In this document: positions 38,284 through 49,420 of the stretch, piece by piece
Layout: the number at the start of each line of letters is the position of its first letter
Numbering within the stretch: the first letter of the stretch is position 1
Assembly: GCF_009914755.1 (NCBI RefSeq)
Contig: NC_060942.1
DNA: 64,000 nucleotides
Direction: 5' to 3' (one strand)
From: the human T2T-CHM13v2.0 reference genome, Homo sapiens
Translations under genes and position numbers: made by a program
The notes under the pieces: generated by a model
What the model was told of the DNA's origin: nothing
Seen by the model: only the letters and a program-made list of their open reading frames with translations
Database searches by the model: none

Positions 38284-38640
38284 CCCCACATCTGTGTGGT
38301 GGTGCTGGACTCCCCACACCTGTGCTACTGGTCCTAAGCCTCCTCACACCTGTGCTAGTGGTCCTGGCCTCCCCACACCTGTGCTAGTGGTCCTGGCCTC
38401 CCCACACCTGTGCTAGTGGTCCTGGGCCCCCCACACCTGTGCTAGTGGTCCTGGGTCCCCCCACACCTGTGCTAGTAGTCCTAGTCCCCACACACACCTG
38501 TGCTAGTGGTCCTGGGCCCCCTACACATGTGCTACTGGTCCTGGGCCACCCCACACCTGTGCTGTTGGTCCTAACCCCCCCATACCTCTGCTGGTGGTCT
38601 GTGCTAGCAGGACTATGCTAGCAGTCCTGGGCCCCTTGTG
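38284..38640 (+). repeat. Minisatellite, ~28-31-bp unit ccccacacctgtgctagtggtcctggg, ~11 copies
   Basis: Direct reading; the central copies are the most homogeneous. Confidence 0.95.
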
Positions 38641-38899
38641 TCCACTCAGGGCACCATTAGTGTGTGCCCACTGTGTGCCAGGCCACCTAGCCCTGAGGTC
38701 CCCAAGGCTGGCCCTGCTCCAGCCCACCCACCAGCTTCAGGAGAGCACCACGGGCAGCCAATGGCTGTGGATGGGCACCAGGAGGACTCTGACAGTGCTG
38801 GACAGGGTGCTGGGGTTAAGCGAAGACCCAACTGGTGGGTGGAGGGTTGGGGCTCTGGGGCTGTCACTACTGGAGCGGGAGGGTACACAAGCTGCGGCA

Positions 38900-40030
38900 A
38901 AGTAATCCCTGCAGTCCTGGATCAAGGTTGGTGATGCCAGTGTGAACAGCTGCATGGTGACCATGGATACAGGCGGAGGCCTGCTGTAACACAGACACCT
39001 GCACCACGCAGGCATTGCACTCACATGCATCCTCTTTGCCAGCGCTGAGAGGGCCGGGAAGCAAGGACACCCCAGGAGCAACACACATACTTGAACCAGG
39101 TTTGCTTAGAGAAATGGCTGCTTCCAGAACCAGGCAGGGCAGACTCATGGTGAGCCTGGAGCATCTTGCAGTGCCACAAAATAAGAAAGTGCTCAAGCAA
39201 GCAAACAAAAAGAAACAAAATGCACAGTAATGGGAACGTGTCACAGGAATGCAGGAGCCAGCTGAAGGAGCTCCCAATGGCCAAAGCTGGAGAAATTTGA
39301 GCAAGAAAATGAATAAAATAATGTTGGATTACAACCCAAAGGACAAGGATCCATGAGTCTATACTGATTTTAAACAACACCACCACCAACGAATGAATGA
39401 ACGAATAAATGAAAAAGAGACAAATCTCCTGTGCAGAAGAATTTCCAAAGGATTAATGTGGAGATCCACCCCCAGGAGGTGGGGCACAGCTCCCCAGGCC
39501 CGAAGCGTGGGTGACTCATGCTGCCTTCCTTCCAGAGACACAGCTTGGAGAGCCACAACCCCAGCTGGGGGACGAGGCCGGCTGCAGAGGGAGGCTGTGC
39601 TGACCCACGTCCCAGTCTAACCATGAGAAGAACATCAGACAGATCCCAATAGAGGGACATTCTACAAAACTTCTGAACAGTAACCCCTCCAAACTGTCAA
39701 GGTCACCCAAAATAAAGGAAGTCTGAGAAACTGCCACAGCCAAGAGCAGCCTGAGGAGGCCTGCGGACTCAGCCTTGTGGTGTCCCAGCTGGGATCCTTC
39801 CTGGGGCAGAAAGAGCGCATTAGGGAAAAAATAAAAGTGAAGAAAGTAGAGTCTTCTGTTCATAATAATGCATCGATATTGATCCCTTAATTGTAAGCAG
39901 ATGTGCCATATGAATGTAAGATGTTAATAACAGGCAAAACTGGGTGTCCAGAGTGTGGAAGCTCTATGCCATCCCAACATGTTTCTATAAAGCTAAAACT
40001 GCTCTAAAAAACAAAGTTATTTATTAAAAA
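38900..40030 (+). mobile_element. L1MD-type 3' UTR
   Basis: ggtgagcctggagcatcttgcagtgcc...ggagccagctgaaggagctcccaatggccaaagctgg; cagacagatcccaatagagggacattctacaaaac; ends gctaaaactgctctaaaaaacaaagttatttattaaaaa. Confidence 0.85.
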
Positions 40031-41199
40031 GTTGGCTGGGAGAAACACCGAGGGCTTCCTGTAGTAGGTAAAATGGATTGCACAGTAGGGATTTTGAACA
40101 GAGTGACTTGATGAAAATAACCCTTGATGTAGCCTGGACTACCATATACAGGGTGGGCTTGGGGGTGGGTAGCCCTGGGGGAGGGCCCCCCTGCTATTGC
40201 TGCTGCTGCCGCCACCACACTGTGGGGTCTTGAGCCAGGCCAGCAAGGAGGAGGGGCTTGCCATGGGCTTGGCTGAAGTCCCACACTCCCACGATCCCAA
40301 TCTCCATGAACAGGATGAAGAATAATTTAGAGGAAAACCATTCAGATACATATGCACCTTCCTTTATGTCAGTACAACTTAAACTTGACCTCAATGTGTT
40401 GAAAAATGAAGAGATATGAATTCACCAAACAAAAATTTAAACCTTCAAAATAAATTATTGAATGTCTTCAAGAAGACGTGGTTTTATGAATGTTGGAGGC
40501 AAGGCAATCCCAGAAGCCGTTTCTCACTGTTTTTACTGAAGGCTCCTAAAGCAGGGAGCTGAAGCCAGCTTAGACCCCACTAGGTCAAACCCTGGACTTC
40601 ACAGGTGGGAGGATGGGAGGAAGCTGTTTGCTTCAGGTCACTTGCCAAGCCATGGGGGCTGAGGGCCAGGCGTCTTTCCTCTCTGCCTCCCTCTTGTCAT
40701 ATAATCTAACATCGTGGAAACCCCTGGCTCTTCTTCAACCTCCTTCACAAATCACTCGTAATTTTAAATGGCATTGGAATACCAATGTTCGAGAAAATAC
40801 AGAAACCATCATCTTCTTTTTGCAGAGTCCCACCTCCTCCATGAACTTGTTAGTGAAAATAAAACATCTGTGTAACTGGTTTCAAAAAGCATGCCTTGCT
40901 TTCTACTGTCAATGTCATCCACCACCCGCCTTTGGAACCCTGAAGGAAATAGATACGGCTTTTTGTTCAGAAGGTACAAAGTCTTCAGCGGGACCTGGGA
41001 ACATTCCAAAGCCGAGATGGAGAAGCTGGTGCATTCAGCGGTGTCTGCGAAATCCCTCGGAAGCCCTTTCGGTGCAAACACAAGCAGCTCCTCTCTCCAG
41101 GGGCACATACGGCCCTCTGCACAGAGCCTATGCCCGCTGCGAACTCAGCTTTGTATACTTCCGGGTGTGATTTCCCAGCCAAATTTGGAAAAAAGAAAC

Positions 41200-41750
41200 T
41201 GGAATCTGATTGCTAAATATATAGACACTTGGAAAAAATGAACTTGGTTCTTAGTTTTATGGCCCAAATAATTTTTAGCTGAAGAAAATAATAGAAATAA
41301 ACAACAGACATAAAACTTTAGCCTGTGTAAATTAAATGGTTCTGCCACATTAACTTCATAAAACCATAATCCTCTCCTCCATAAACTATTACATGCACTG
41401 CAACATATCTGATTTATGGGGTGTGGAATCAATGGGAAAAAATTAATGCTTGAAAAACATATTAGAGACATTATTGAACAGATTTTAATTGAGATTTGAT
41501 TTCAATGCCCCTTATCCACATGATTAATGGGTCCTACCCCTCGACTCCAGCAGGATGAAAAGAGTCTTTAATATGACAATTAAGTATCTGTCTTTAGGTT
41601 TTATGTAGCTCTCCCCACTACAATCACTTCATCAGTACAGTCTGGCTTTTGTGCAGATTAAATTGAGACTCAATTTTCTCTATTTTCCAGCACTTACTTA
41701 TGTTTTATGACAAGCACTAAATCAATTTTATGCTATTATTGATTTTTTCT
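41200..41750. promoter_or_regulatory. Candidate Hox/Cdx/Pbx-responsive enhancer
   Basis: TGATTTATGG (41410-41419), TGATTAATGG (41521-41530), TTTTATGGCC (41255-41264) and several CATAAA/TTTTATG in repeat-free DNA. Confidence 0.45.
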
Positions 41751-43627
41751 TAAATGGACACAAACCATTTCGCCTTTTGCCCTTCTCTCCTACCTTCCTT
41801 TCCTCTCCCTCTCAGTGTGCGCTTGATATACGGCCTGAGGAGGAAATTCCCGAGACTTCCCGAGACTTCCACAGGTCCTTCCAGTTCATTCCGTTTTTAC
41901 AACATCAGAACTGACAAACTTAACCTGGAATTCTATCAAAACTTATATATTGCTGTAAAGTGACAAGGTGGTGAGTTGTTGGGGTATTTTTATCTTTTCC
42001 TTCTGAAACAAAAGAAAGCCTCAAGGTTAATTCACTTCCTTGTAAGTTTGGGCCAAGATTTCTTCTATAATATTGCCTAAATTTTTTGAGCAGAAGCTTA
42101 AGCTGTAATTTTTCTAACATCCTTGAAGTCTAATTAATACAGCAATAGAGGGAGAATCTATTTCATGGCTCACAGGGAAAAGGCATTATCTGCAAGGTGC
42201 AATAACTCCTTCGAGGTGCCTGATGACAGCCAGTTGTGTGCAATGCAATTAAGAAGCTCCCAGATCTTTGGGGCTTTATCCTCTATGACCTATGGCAAAA
42301 ATTAACAGCTGCCTTGGGCAAAAGAAGTAAGAATAGGTACATAATTTGTAATCAGATAGCATTTTTTTGTGAGTGAAGAATTATACATGAAGAAAAACAG
42401 CTAGCAATACCGGCTGCTAGAAAGGTCTCTCATTTATTTGGTGATGCCACTGCCTGTCTTTGAAAATATCGGCATATGTAAGCATAAATACCTGTTTGCT
42501 TTTTATGCCATGACCATTATGACACTCCATTTTGTAGTGAACATTTTATGTAGTTTATTCAAAATGTTAACAGCTAAGCTGGACATAAGCATGAAGATAA
42601 CATGCTTTTTCTTTACTATCTATAAGAAGTATACATTACCTTGGATAAGTAGTACAGTACTGCATGCAACACAATTTGAAAACAGTAAAATTTGCCATTC
42701 AAATAACATAGAAATGAAGCGCTTGCTTTTATTATGTTTCTGTAATGTAATATGAGTTTATCTGTTAACTTTGGAGGAGAAAGAAAAAGAGAATACAGGG
42801 TAACAGGAAGCGCATTTTCTTGAATTCATCTGGTTCTTTTTGTTCTGTCTCAAAATAGTCTCAAAAATATGATTGTAAACTAATGCAAAATGTTCTCTAG
42901 TTTATTTTAAGGCAATATGCCAGGGTAATGCTTATTAATATCTAGGTTATAAATACATACTTTTTAAATGTTTTCCATGGAAGGAGACCCCAGAATGATT
43001 TCTGGTGTTTGGCCACCCGAACGATACTCTCCTGTGGAAAACGCTGAGACGCTGGAGATCTAGGTTTGCTCTGCAATGATGCTGCCTGCACGCCCTGCAG
43101 CCACTCGGGGCAGGCCAGGATGCGGGGTTCCCCCCATCCCCCCCAACCCCCCACAGGTGCTTCCTTATGGAAGGTGGGATGAGATAGCAGCCCCGGGGGT
43201 CTACAGGCCCTGTCATATGGGCTTCCCCTTCCCTTTCCTCATGCATTCAAGATAACGGGAGTTCCCAGAGTCGGCGTTCTCCCTGCCGCCTTCACTCCGC
43301 CAGGCTTGCTGAGCAGTCTTCCTGGGCAGGCAGGCAGGCTCTCGCATCTGCGGGCCGCGGGGAGAATATTGGTGGGAAATGTGGCCAAGGACTTCACGTG
43401 CAAAGTCCGCATATAAATTGATAAGACCAGCACAGGCAGATAAACATGGACAACAGATCATAAAACATAATGCACAGAAAGAAAACTGTAAACACAAGGT
43501 GACTACGAAAACAGTTTAAAGACTTGAGGATCTGCTCTGATGTTGCTGAAATGCCAACAGCAACTTGATTGACTAAGTTTCTTCCAGGAGATTTTTCTTT
43601 GCTAATTAGATTTCTCTTTCTATCTAG

Positions 43628-43835
43628 CAAGATTTCTGGATCTTGGCTCTACTGACATTTTAGGGAGCCAGTCTGTGCGTTGCAGGAAGTTGAGCAGCTT
43701 TTCTGACCTTCACCCACTACATTCCAGACGCACTCCCGCTCCGGTTAAGATAACCAAGAATGTTCCAGCAACTGCCAGTGTTCTCTGGGATGGGTAGGGG
43801 GGAGGGTGCAGGAATTGTCCCAATAAGAACCCATG
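43628..43835 (-). mobile_element. MER20 (hAT-Charlie) DNA transposon
   Basis: tcttggctctactgacatttt...gcaggaagttgagcagc...cacccactacattccag...taaccaagaatgttccagcaactgccagtgttctctggg...aagaacccatg matches the reverse complement of MER20. Confidence 0.75.
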
Positions 43836-44601
43836 CTACACAGCCTAGCTTGGGGATTGTATTCATTCAGAGCCCAAGTCGTCTAAAATCCACTCCCCTG
43901 TCCCCCAAGGCAACAAGGAAAATGGCAATGGAGTGTACAGGTCTCCAGTTAGACAGCGTCTTCCCTAACTTTCATTCCATGCTCACATTCATGATTTAGC
44001 TTAAACTTTATCAATTCAAAATAAATATGATTGAGCAATGCACTATTGGCTTGCCTTCATTGATCCAACATACATGTTACAGAACCTTTCAAAGGAGAAC
44101 ATCCATTTACTCAATGATTATGAAATTGTCGTAACGGAAGCAGTCCACGCTGACCACAGTAGCCCTTCGTGACAGTCCCCTGGATGTTGAGAGGCATCCC
44201 ATCAAACCATCCAGCAAACCTCAAACACTGTCAGAGGCCCAGGGCTCTCCAGCTTCACCTCATTTTTTCAGCACAGTGGCCACGGGTCCCAGATTAGGGC
44301 CGCGTGAATGGAGGGAAACAGTACAAGTGCTTTGCAACCGAGTCATTGAGTAGTCAGCGCCAGGTCGTAAGAGACACCTGGACTCAGAGCTGAAGAGCTG
44401 TCAGTACGAACACCCAGCACCGACTCTGCCTCCAAAACTTCAGAACAGAGATTAAATTCCCTGGGCCTCCAACCCCTGGCTATAAAACTAAAGTTTCCAT
44501 TATTTGTTCTCTTTCCACCATACAGTTATACAACTCTATGGACATACACAGTAAAGAACAGCAAAGAACTAGCACTCTTACCCAAAAGGTTTTTAAAAGT
44601 A

Positions 44602-44901
44602 TTTTTTTGTTTTGTTTTTCGTTTTTGATACGGAGTCTTGCTCTGTCACCCAGGCTGGAGTGCAGTGGTGCGATCTCAGCTCACTGCAAGTTCCGCCTCC
44701 TGGGTTCACGCCATTCTCCTCCCTCAGCCTCAGCTGGGACTACAGGTGCCCGCCACCACAGCCAGCTAATTTTTTATATTTTTAGTAGAGATGTGGTTTC
44801 ACCATGTTAGCCAGGATGGTCTCAATCTCCTGACCTCGTGATCCGCCCGCCTCGGCCTCCCAAAGTGTTAGGATTACAGGCTTGAGCCACTGCACCAGGC
44901 C
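44602..44901 (-). mobile_element. AluY-like SINE with a small internal deletion
   Basis: cactgcaagttccgcctcctgggttcacgccattctcc; cctcagcctc-agctggg lacks ccgagt; tgacctcgtgatccgcccgcctcggcc. Confidence 0.95.
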
Positions 44902-45019
44902 ATGTATTTTAATAGAACTACGGTTAGAATAATTGATGGGGGGAGTTATTTAGCAACGATAACATCTAACACCAAACCAAGTTTCCCTTGCACAAACCAA
45001 AATACAAGATCATATTAAG

Positions 45020-45260
45020 TAAGTAGGTACTTAAATGTAGAGATTCATGCATCTAGTCTCAAATATGTGGCAGGTGTCTAGATTGCATAATGAAAACATA
45101 GGCAAAAATCACCTGTCTTCATGCTGCTTAAATTCAGGTGAGATAAATGATAAATAATGAAAATATTCACATTATTAGATGATGAAAACACTGTGTAGGG
45201 AAAACCTAACCAGGAAAGGGAACTAAAACTTAAGTGGAGGTTGTCACATAAGGTTTTCTT
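45020..45260 (-). mobile_element. L2 3' end fragment
   Basis: tgaaaacataggcaaaaatcacctgtcttcatgctgcttaaattcagg. Confidence 0.5.
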
Positions 45261-45445
45261 TAAAAAAATCAAATCCTAAATAAAAAGTCTAATTAAAAAA
45301 ACTCTTCTGTTAAAGAAAATACACACTATTGAAATATATTTGAAATATGCACCCATTTATAATAGCACTTAACAAAATTGGTCTGAAGACTGAAGCTGGT
45401 GATGAAGGAGCCACAGAACGCACATAATTCTTCCATCAATGACCT

Positions 45446-45758
<313 letters not shown>

Positions 45759-45779
45759 TAACAATATTCTTCATGTAAC

Positions 45780-45905
45780 CAGGGGTGTCCAACCTTGTGG
45801 TTTCCCTGGGCCACACTGGAAGAAGAATTGTCTTGGGCCACACATAAAATATACTGACACTAATAATAGCTGATGAGCTAAAAAATAAAAAGCTCCATGC
45901 ATAAT
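45780..45905 (+). mobile_element. MER30/MER30B DNA transposon, 5' half
   Basis: caggggtgtccaaccttgtggtttccctgggccacactggaagaagaattgtcttgggccacacataaaatatactgacactaataatagctgatgagctaaaaa. Confidence 0.9.
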
Positions 45906-46179
45906 TTTCTTGATATTCGCCACCACAGATAAGCAAAGAAAGTCCTTGCATTTAAACGGCTGGTCATGGCTGATGTAAACCAAGGTTATTGCCACTTTAA
46001 ACCAACAAAGCTTGGGTCTCCATTTTCTCCATAGTTTCAATTAATAAGCTAATTAAGGGGAGACAGTGTATTATTCCTGAATGAATTAGGTCCTTGCTGC
46101 TCCGTAGAAGGAGCAAAACGTTGGTGTCACACTGGAGAAAAGCCTGCAGGACTTGGAGGAGTCACCAAAGAGCCCTCTT

Positions 46180-46287
46180 TCTCCAGGGTGCAGCTCCCAG
46201 GGCCGCACAGCAGGCCTCGGGAACCGGATTCAGTCTCCAGGGTGCAGCTCCCAGGGTCGCACAGCAGGCCTCGGGAGCGGGATTCAG
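46180..46287 (+). repeat. 54-bp tandem duplication (2 copies)
   Basis: tctccagggtgcagctcccagggccgcacagcaggcctcgggaaccggattcag twice, 3 mismatches. Confidence 0.93.
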
Positions 46288-46529
46288 GGCCGGGGTCAGG
46301 GCCCTTCCCAGCATTCCTGCACCACCCGCGACCTGGCATCTGCAGGGGGAAGGCACCCACGCCCACGCAGCCCTCCCCACTGGCCTCTGCCCTCCTCCTC
46401 CCTCCCCAGCACTGGCCTCCTCTCCTCCTTCTCCTCATCCCAGCCTCTCCCATCTGCTCTGTGACCCAGGCCTTCAGCCTCAGTGTGAACCCATCTGAAC
46501 GTCCTCCTCTGGTCAGGGAGAAAGCTCGG

Positions 46530-46749
46530 TGACATTCCCAGTCCCAAGGACAGCACTGGGGTCAGGGATGCTCGTGGGACCCATGACATTCCCAGTCCCA
46601 AGGACAGCACTGGGGTCAGGGATGCTCGTGGGACCCATGACATTCCCAGTCCCAAGGACAGCACTGGGGTCAGGGATGCTCGTGGGACCCATGACATTCC
46701 CAGTCCCAAGGACAGCACTGGGGTCAGGGATGCTCGTGGGACCCATGAC
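46530..46749 (+). repeat. Minisatellite, 54-bp unit, 4 identical copies
   Basis: tgacattcccagtcccaaggacagcactggggtcagggatgctcgtgggaccca x4, plus tgac. Confidence 0.98.
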
Positions 46750-46759
46750 GCAGAGAGGC

Positions 46760-47250
46760 AGGTCCCTACCCACCGGGCCGTGGGCCGCTGAGCACAGAGC
46801 GTGGAGCCCTGCGGCGGGGTCGTTCCTGGGCCCCGCGTGCCATCCTGGGGTTGTGCATGGTGGCGGCGAAGGCACCCAGCGCTGGGACCCCAGCGAGGCG
46901 ACCCGGGGCCACCGGGCAGGCCCAAGAGCTCCCTGTCTGCGGGCCCCTTGCTTTCCGCAGCAGCCGGCCTGTCGGTCCTCGGCGGGAGCCTCTCGTTCCC
47001 CAGCCACGGGGCCTTCCCGGGGTGCGGCCGAGTCAGGCGGAGACCCCCTGGGGTGGGTGGCGGGAGCGGGGCCGCAGCAACAGGGCGGCGTGGAGGGGGA
47101 GAAACACCTTACCCAGCCGGCGGCCCCCTCCAGCGTGCAGCTGGAACGGGAAGCTGTCTGCTCAGCCGTCAGAAGGATGCGAGAAATTACCTAGCTCCCC
47201 GCAGAGGCCTCCAGCAGCCCTCCCAGCCCAGCCCTCCGCGCGGCGATAAT
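46760..47250. promoter_or_regulatory. CpG island-like segment (second patch at 47650-47900)
   Basis: Very high GC with dense CpG (ccccgcgtg, ggcggcg, gcggccgag, ccgcgcggcg) in non-repeat sequence. Confidence 0.7.
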
Positions 47251-47645
47251 ATGCTCCTATCAGCTGTAACAGCCCCGTGCTGGATTCAGGAGGTATTATG
47301 GATTGTACAGCAAGCATATTGCCATTAAATTAAATTTTCAGAACATTCCCCAGCTCATCACAAATACCACAGAGAGTCATCATAATCGGTTCTCAACACA
47401 TGTGTAATTGCCTTCAGCTGGTGTCTCTTACAGTTGACATTGTTCGGCAGTGATAAGGTGACTGGCGATTTCAATACACAGCTTGTTTCATAGCTGCCGT
47501 AATTGAAATATGGTATGTGTGAATGGAAGATTACATTAAGACCTGGGATAATCACCTGACATGAGAGTAATTGAGTCTACAATCTGCCACTGGGTCTCTC
47601 AGGGAGGGCTGAAATGAAAAGAAGCCATTAGCAGATTACACCACT
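47245..47645. promoter_or_regulatory. Candidate conserved non-coding element / developmental enhancer
   Basis: Sharply bounded AT-richer unique block between two CpG-rich patches, with TAAT/ATTA, GATAA, CAGCTG and CATTGT motifs. Confidence 0.5.
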
Positions 47646-47919
47646 GCTGGCTGCGCCGCCGTGCCAGGCTGGCATTCCGGAGCGCGGGCGCCGCGCCACG
47701 CTGTCGAGGGCACCGTAAATGACGAGGAGAGAGGGCGAAGCCAAACACTGGAGAGGAAAAGTTGAGCTCGTCTCCCCGGGGAGAGCCGGGCAGGTTCTAG
47801 AACAAATACTCGCGCTGTATGGAAGCCCTTTGCTGCCATCTCCGCCTGGCCGTGGCATCTGTGAGCGTGGCAGAGAGGGGCTGGGCTGGCACGGCTCTCC
47901 CACCCTTCCTCCCTCCGCC

Positions 47920-48560
47920 TCTCACTTTATTCCCCCCATCTCTCTCTGCCTGTGTCTGTCTCTGTCTCTCCCCCTCTCTCTCCCATTTTCTCCCTCCATC
48001 TCTCTCTGCCTGTGTCTGTCTCTGTCTCCCCCTCTCTCTCTTTATTCCCCCCATCTCTCTCTGCCTGTGTCTGTCTCTGTCTCTCCCCCTCTCTCTCCCA
48101 TTTTCTCCCTCCATCTCTCTCTGCCTGTGTCTGTCTCTGTCTCCCCCTCTCTCTCTTTATTCCCCCATCTCTCTCTGCCTGTGTCTGTCTCTGTCTCCCC
48201 CTCTCTCTCCCATTTTCTCCCTCCATCTCTCTCTGCCTGTGTCTGTCTCTGTCTCCCCCCCTCTCTCTCCCATTTTCTCCCTCCATCTCTCTCTGCCTGT
48301 GTCTGTCTCTGTCTCCCCCTCTCTCTCTCCCATTTTCTCCCTCCATCTCTCTCTGCCTGTGTCTGTCTCTGTCTCCCCCCCTCTCTCTCCCATTTTCTCC
48401 CTCCATCTCTCTCTGCCTATGTCTGTCTCTGTCTCCCCCCCCCCTCATTTTCTCCCCCCATCTCTCTTTGTCTCTCTTTTCTCTGTGCCCTTCCTCTCCT
48501 CCCACCCCCAAGTCCTCTCCATCCCTTTGTCTCTGTCTGTCTCTCTCCCCCTCCTTCTCT
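47920..48560 (+). repeat. CT-rich minisatellite, 53-60-bp units, ~9-10 copies
   Basis: Core ccatctctctctgcctgtgtctgtctctgtctcccc with two alternative unit endings. Source of the 235-303 aa low-complexity ORFs. Confidence 0.97.
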
Positions 48561-49234
48561 CCCAGGGACTCTGCCTCCATCCACCCACCACCCCTGGGAG
48601 GTGCTGAGAGCCCCACCTGGAAGACTCTGAGCAAACAAACAACCCTGCCCCAGAGTCACCGGGAGCTTCCCACACAAAGTCGACTCCGAGAGAATGGAAG
48701 CCAAATCCCACTGCTTTCCAGACCTAGAGGCAAAAACCGCGTTTTCCACAGACTGTGGCGGCAACACAGGGCTGGCGTCACTGCCTCCTGGTGGAGATGC
48801 TGCTGCCAGCCTGGGCACTACTGAATGGCGGGAATGTGATGCAACCCAGCTCTAACCCCTCCTCTCAGAGCGCCTGAGGCACAAAGACCCGCTCAAAATG
48901 AACACCTGTAAGGATTGTTAGTATTTCCAACTCACCCTCAGGGTCAGCGGAGAGGAGCTACTTTTCACTGGCTCAGAGCATTCAGTTCTGCCTCAGTTAC
49001 TCCAAAGACAAAGAAAGCGGCTTCCCCTTCCCCTTCTTCACGTGAGCACGACTTTGAGTCCACCCACAGGTTACAAGCTATCGAGTACCGATCAGGGCAT
49101 CCCACAGGCCCACTCTAAGGACACCACACTGGTGGGCTTGGAAATCAGAAGGGGAACTGTCCACAGTTGGCCACGTTGAGGTTTTATGATCGTCTTGGGG
49201 TTAACATCATTCCTGCTAGTACAGCGTGGACACC

Positions 49235-49420
49235 CCGAGGACTCAGACCTGGACACGTACCCCTGCCCGGCTAGTGATTAGCCACGTGGTAGTGAGTACC
49301 CCCCTCCCCGTTTAAGGCTGTTTCTTCAACTCCAAAAATGGAGACCATCACGCCTGCCTTGTCTTCCTCCCACATGTGGTGGGAAGCGGTTAGAACACAC
49401 GTACAGTCATGTGAAATCCC
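49235..49420 (+). mobile_element. MIR fragment
   Basis: cagacctggacacgtacccctgcccggctagtgattagccacgtgg...gctgtttcttcaactccaaaaatggagaccatca. Confidence 0.5.

Noticed and set aside
41847-41870. 10-bp tandem duplication ttcccgagac
   Set aside because: Ordinary slippage-scale duplication.
46296-47328. 164-221 aa ORFs with 18-aa repeats
   Set aside because: A 54-bp unit is a multiple of three and the flank is GC-rich; frames are open on both strands with no coding evidence.
47719-48824. 235-303 aa ORFs
   Set aside because: Translations of the CT-rich minisatellite.
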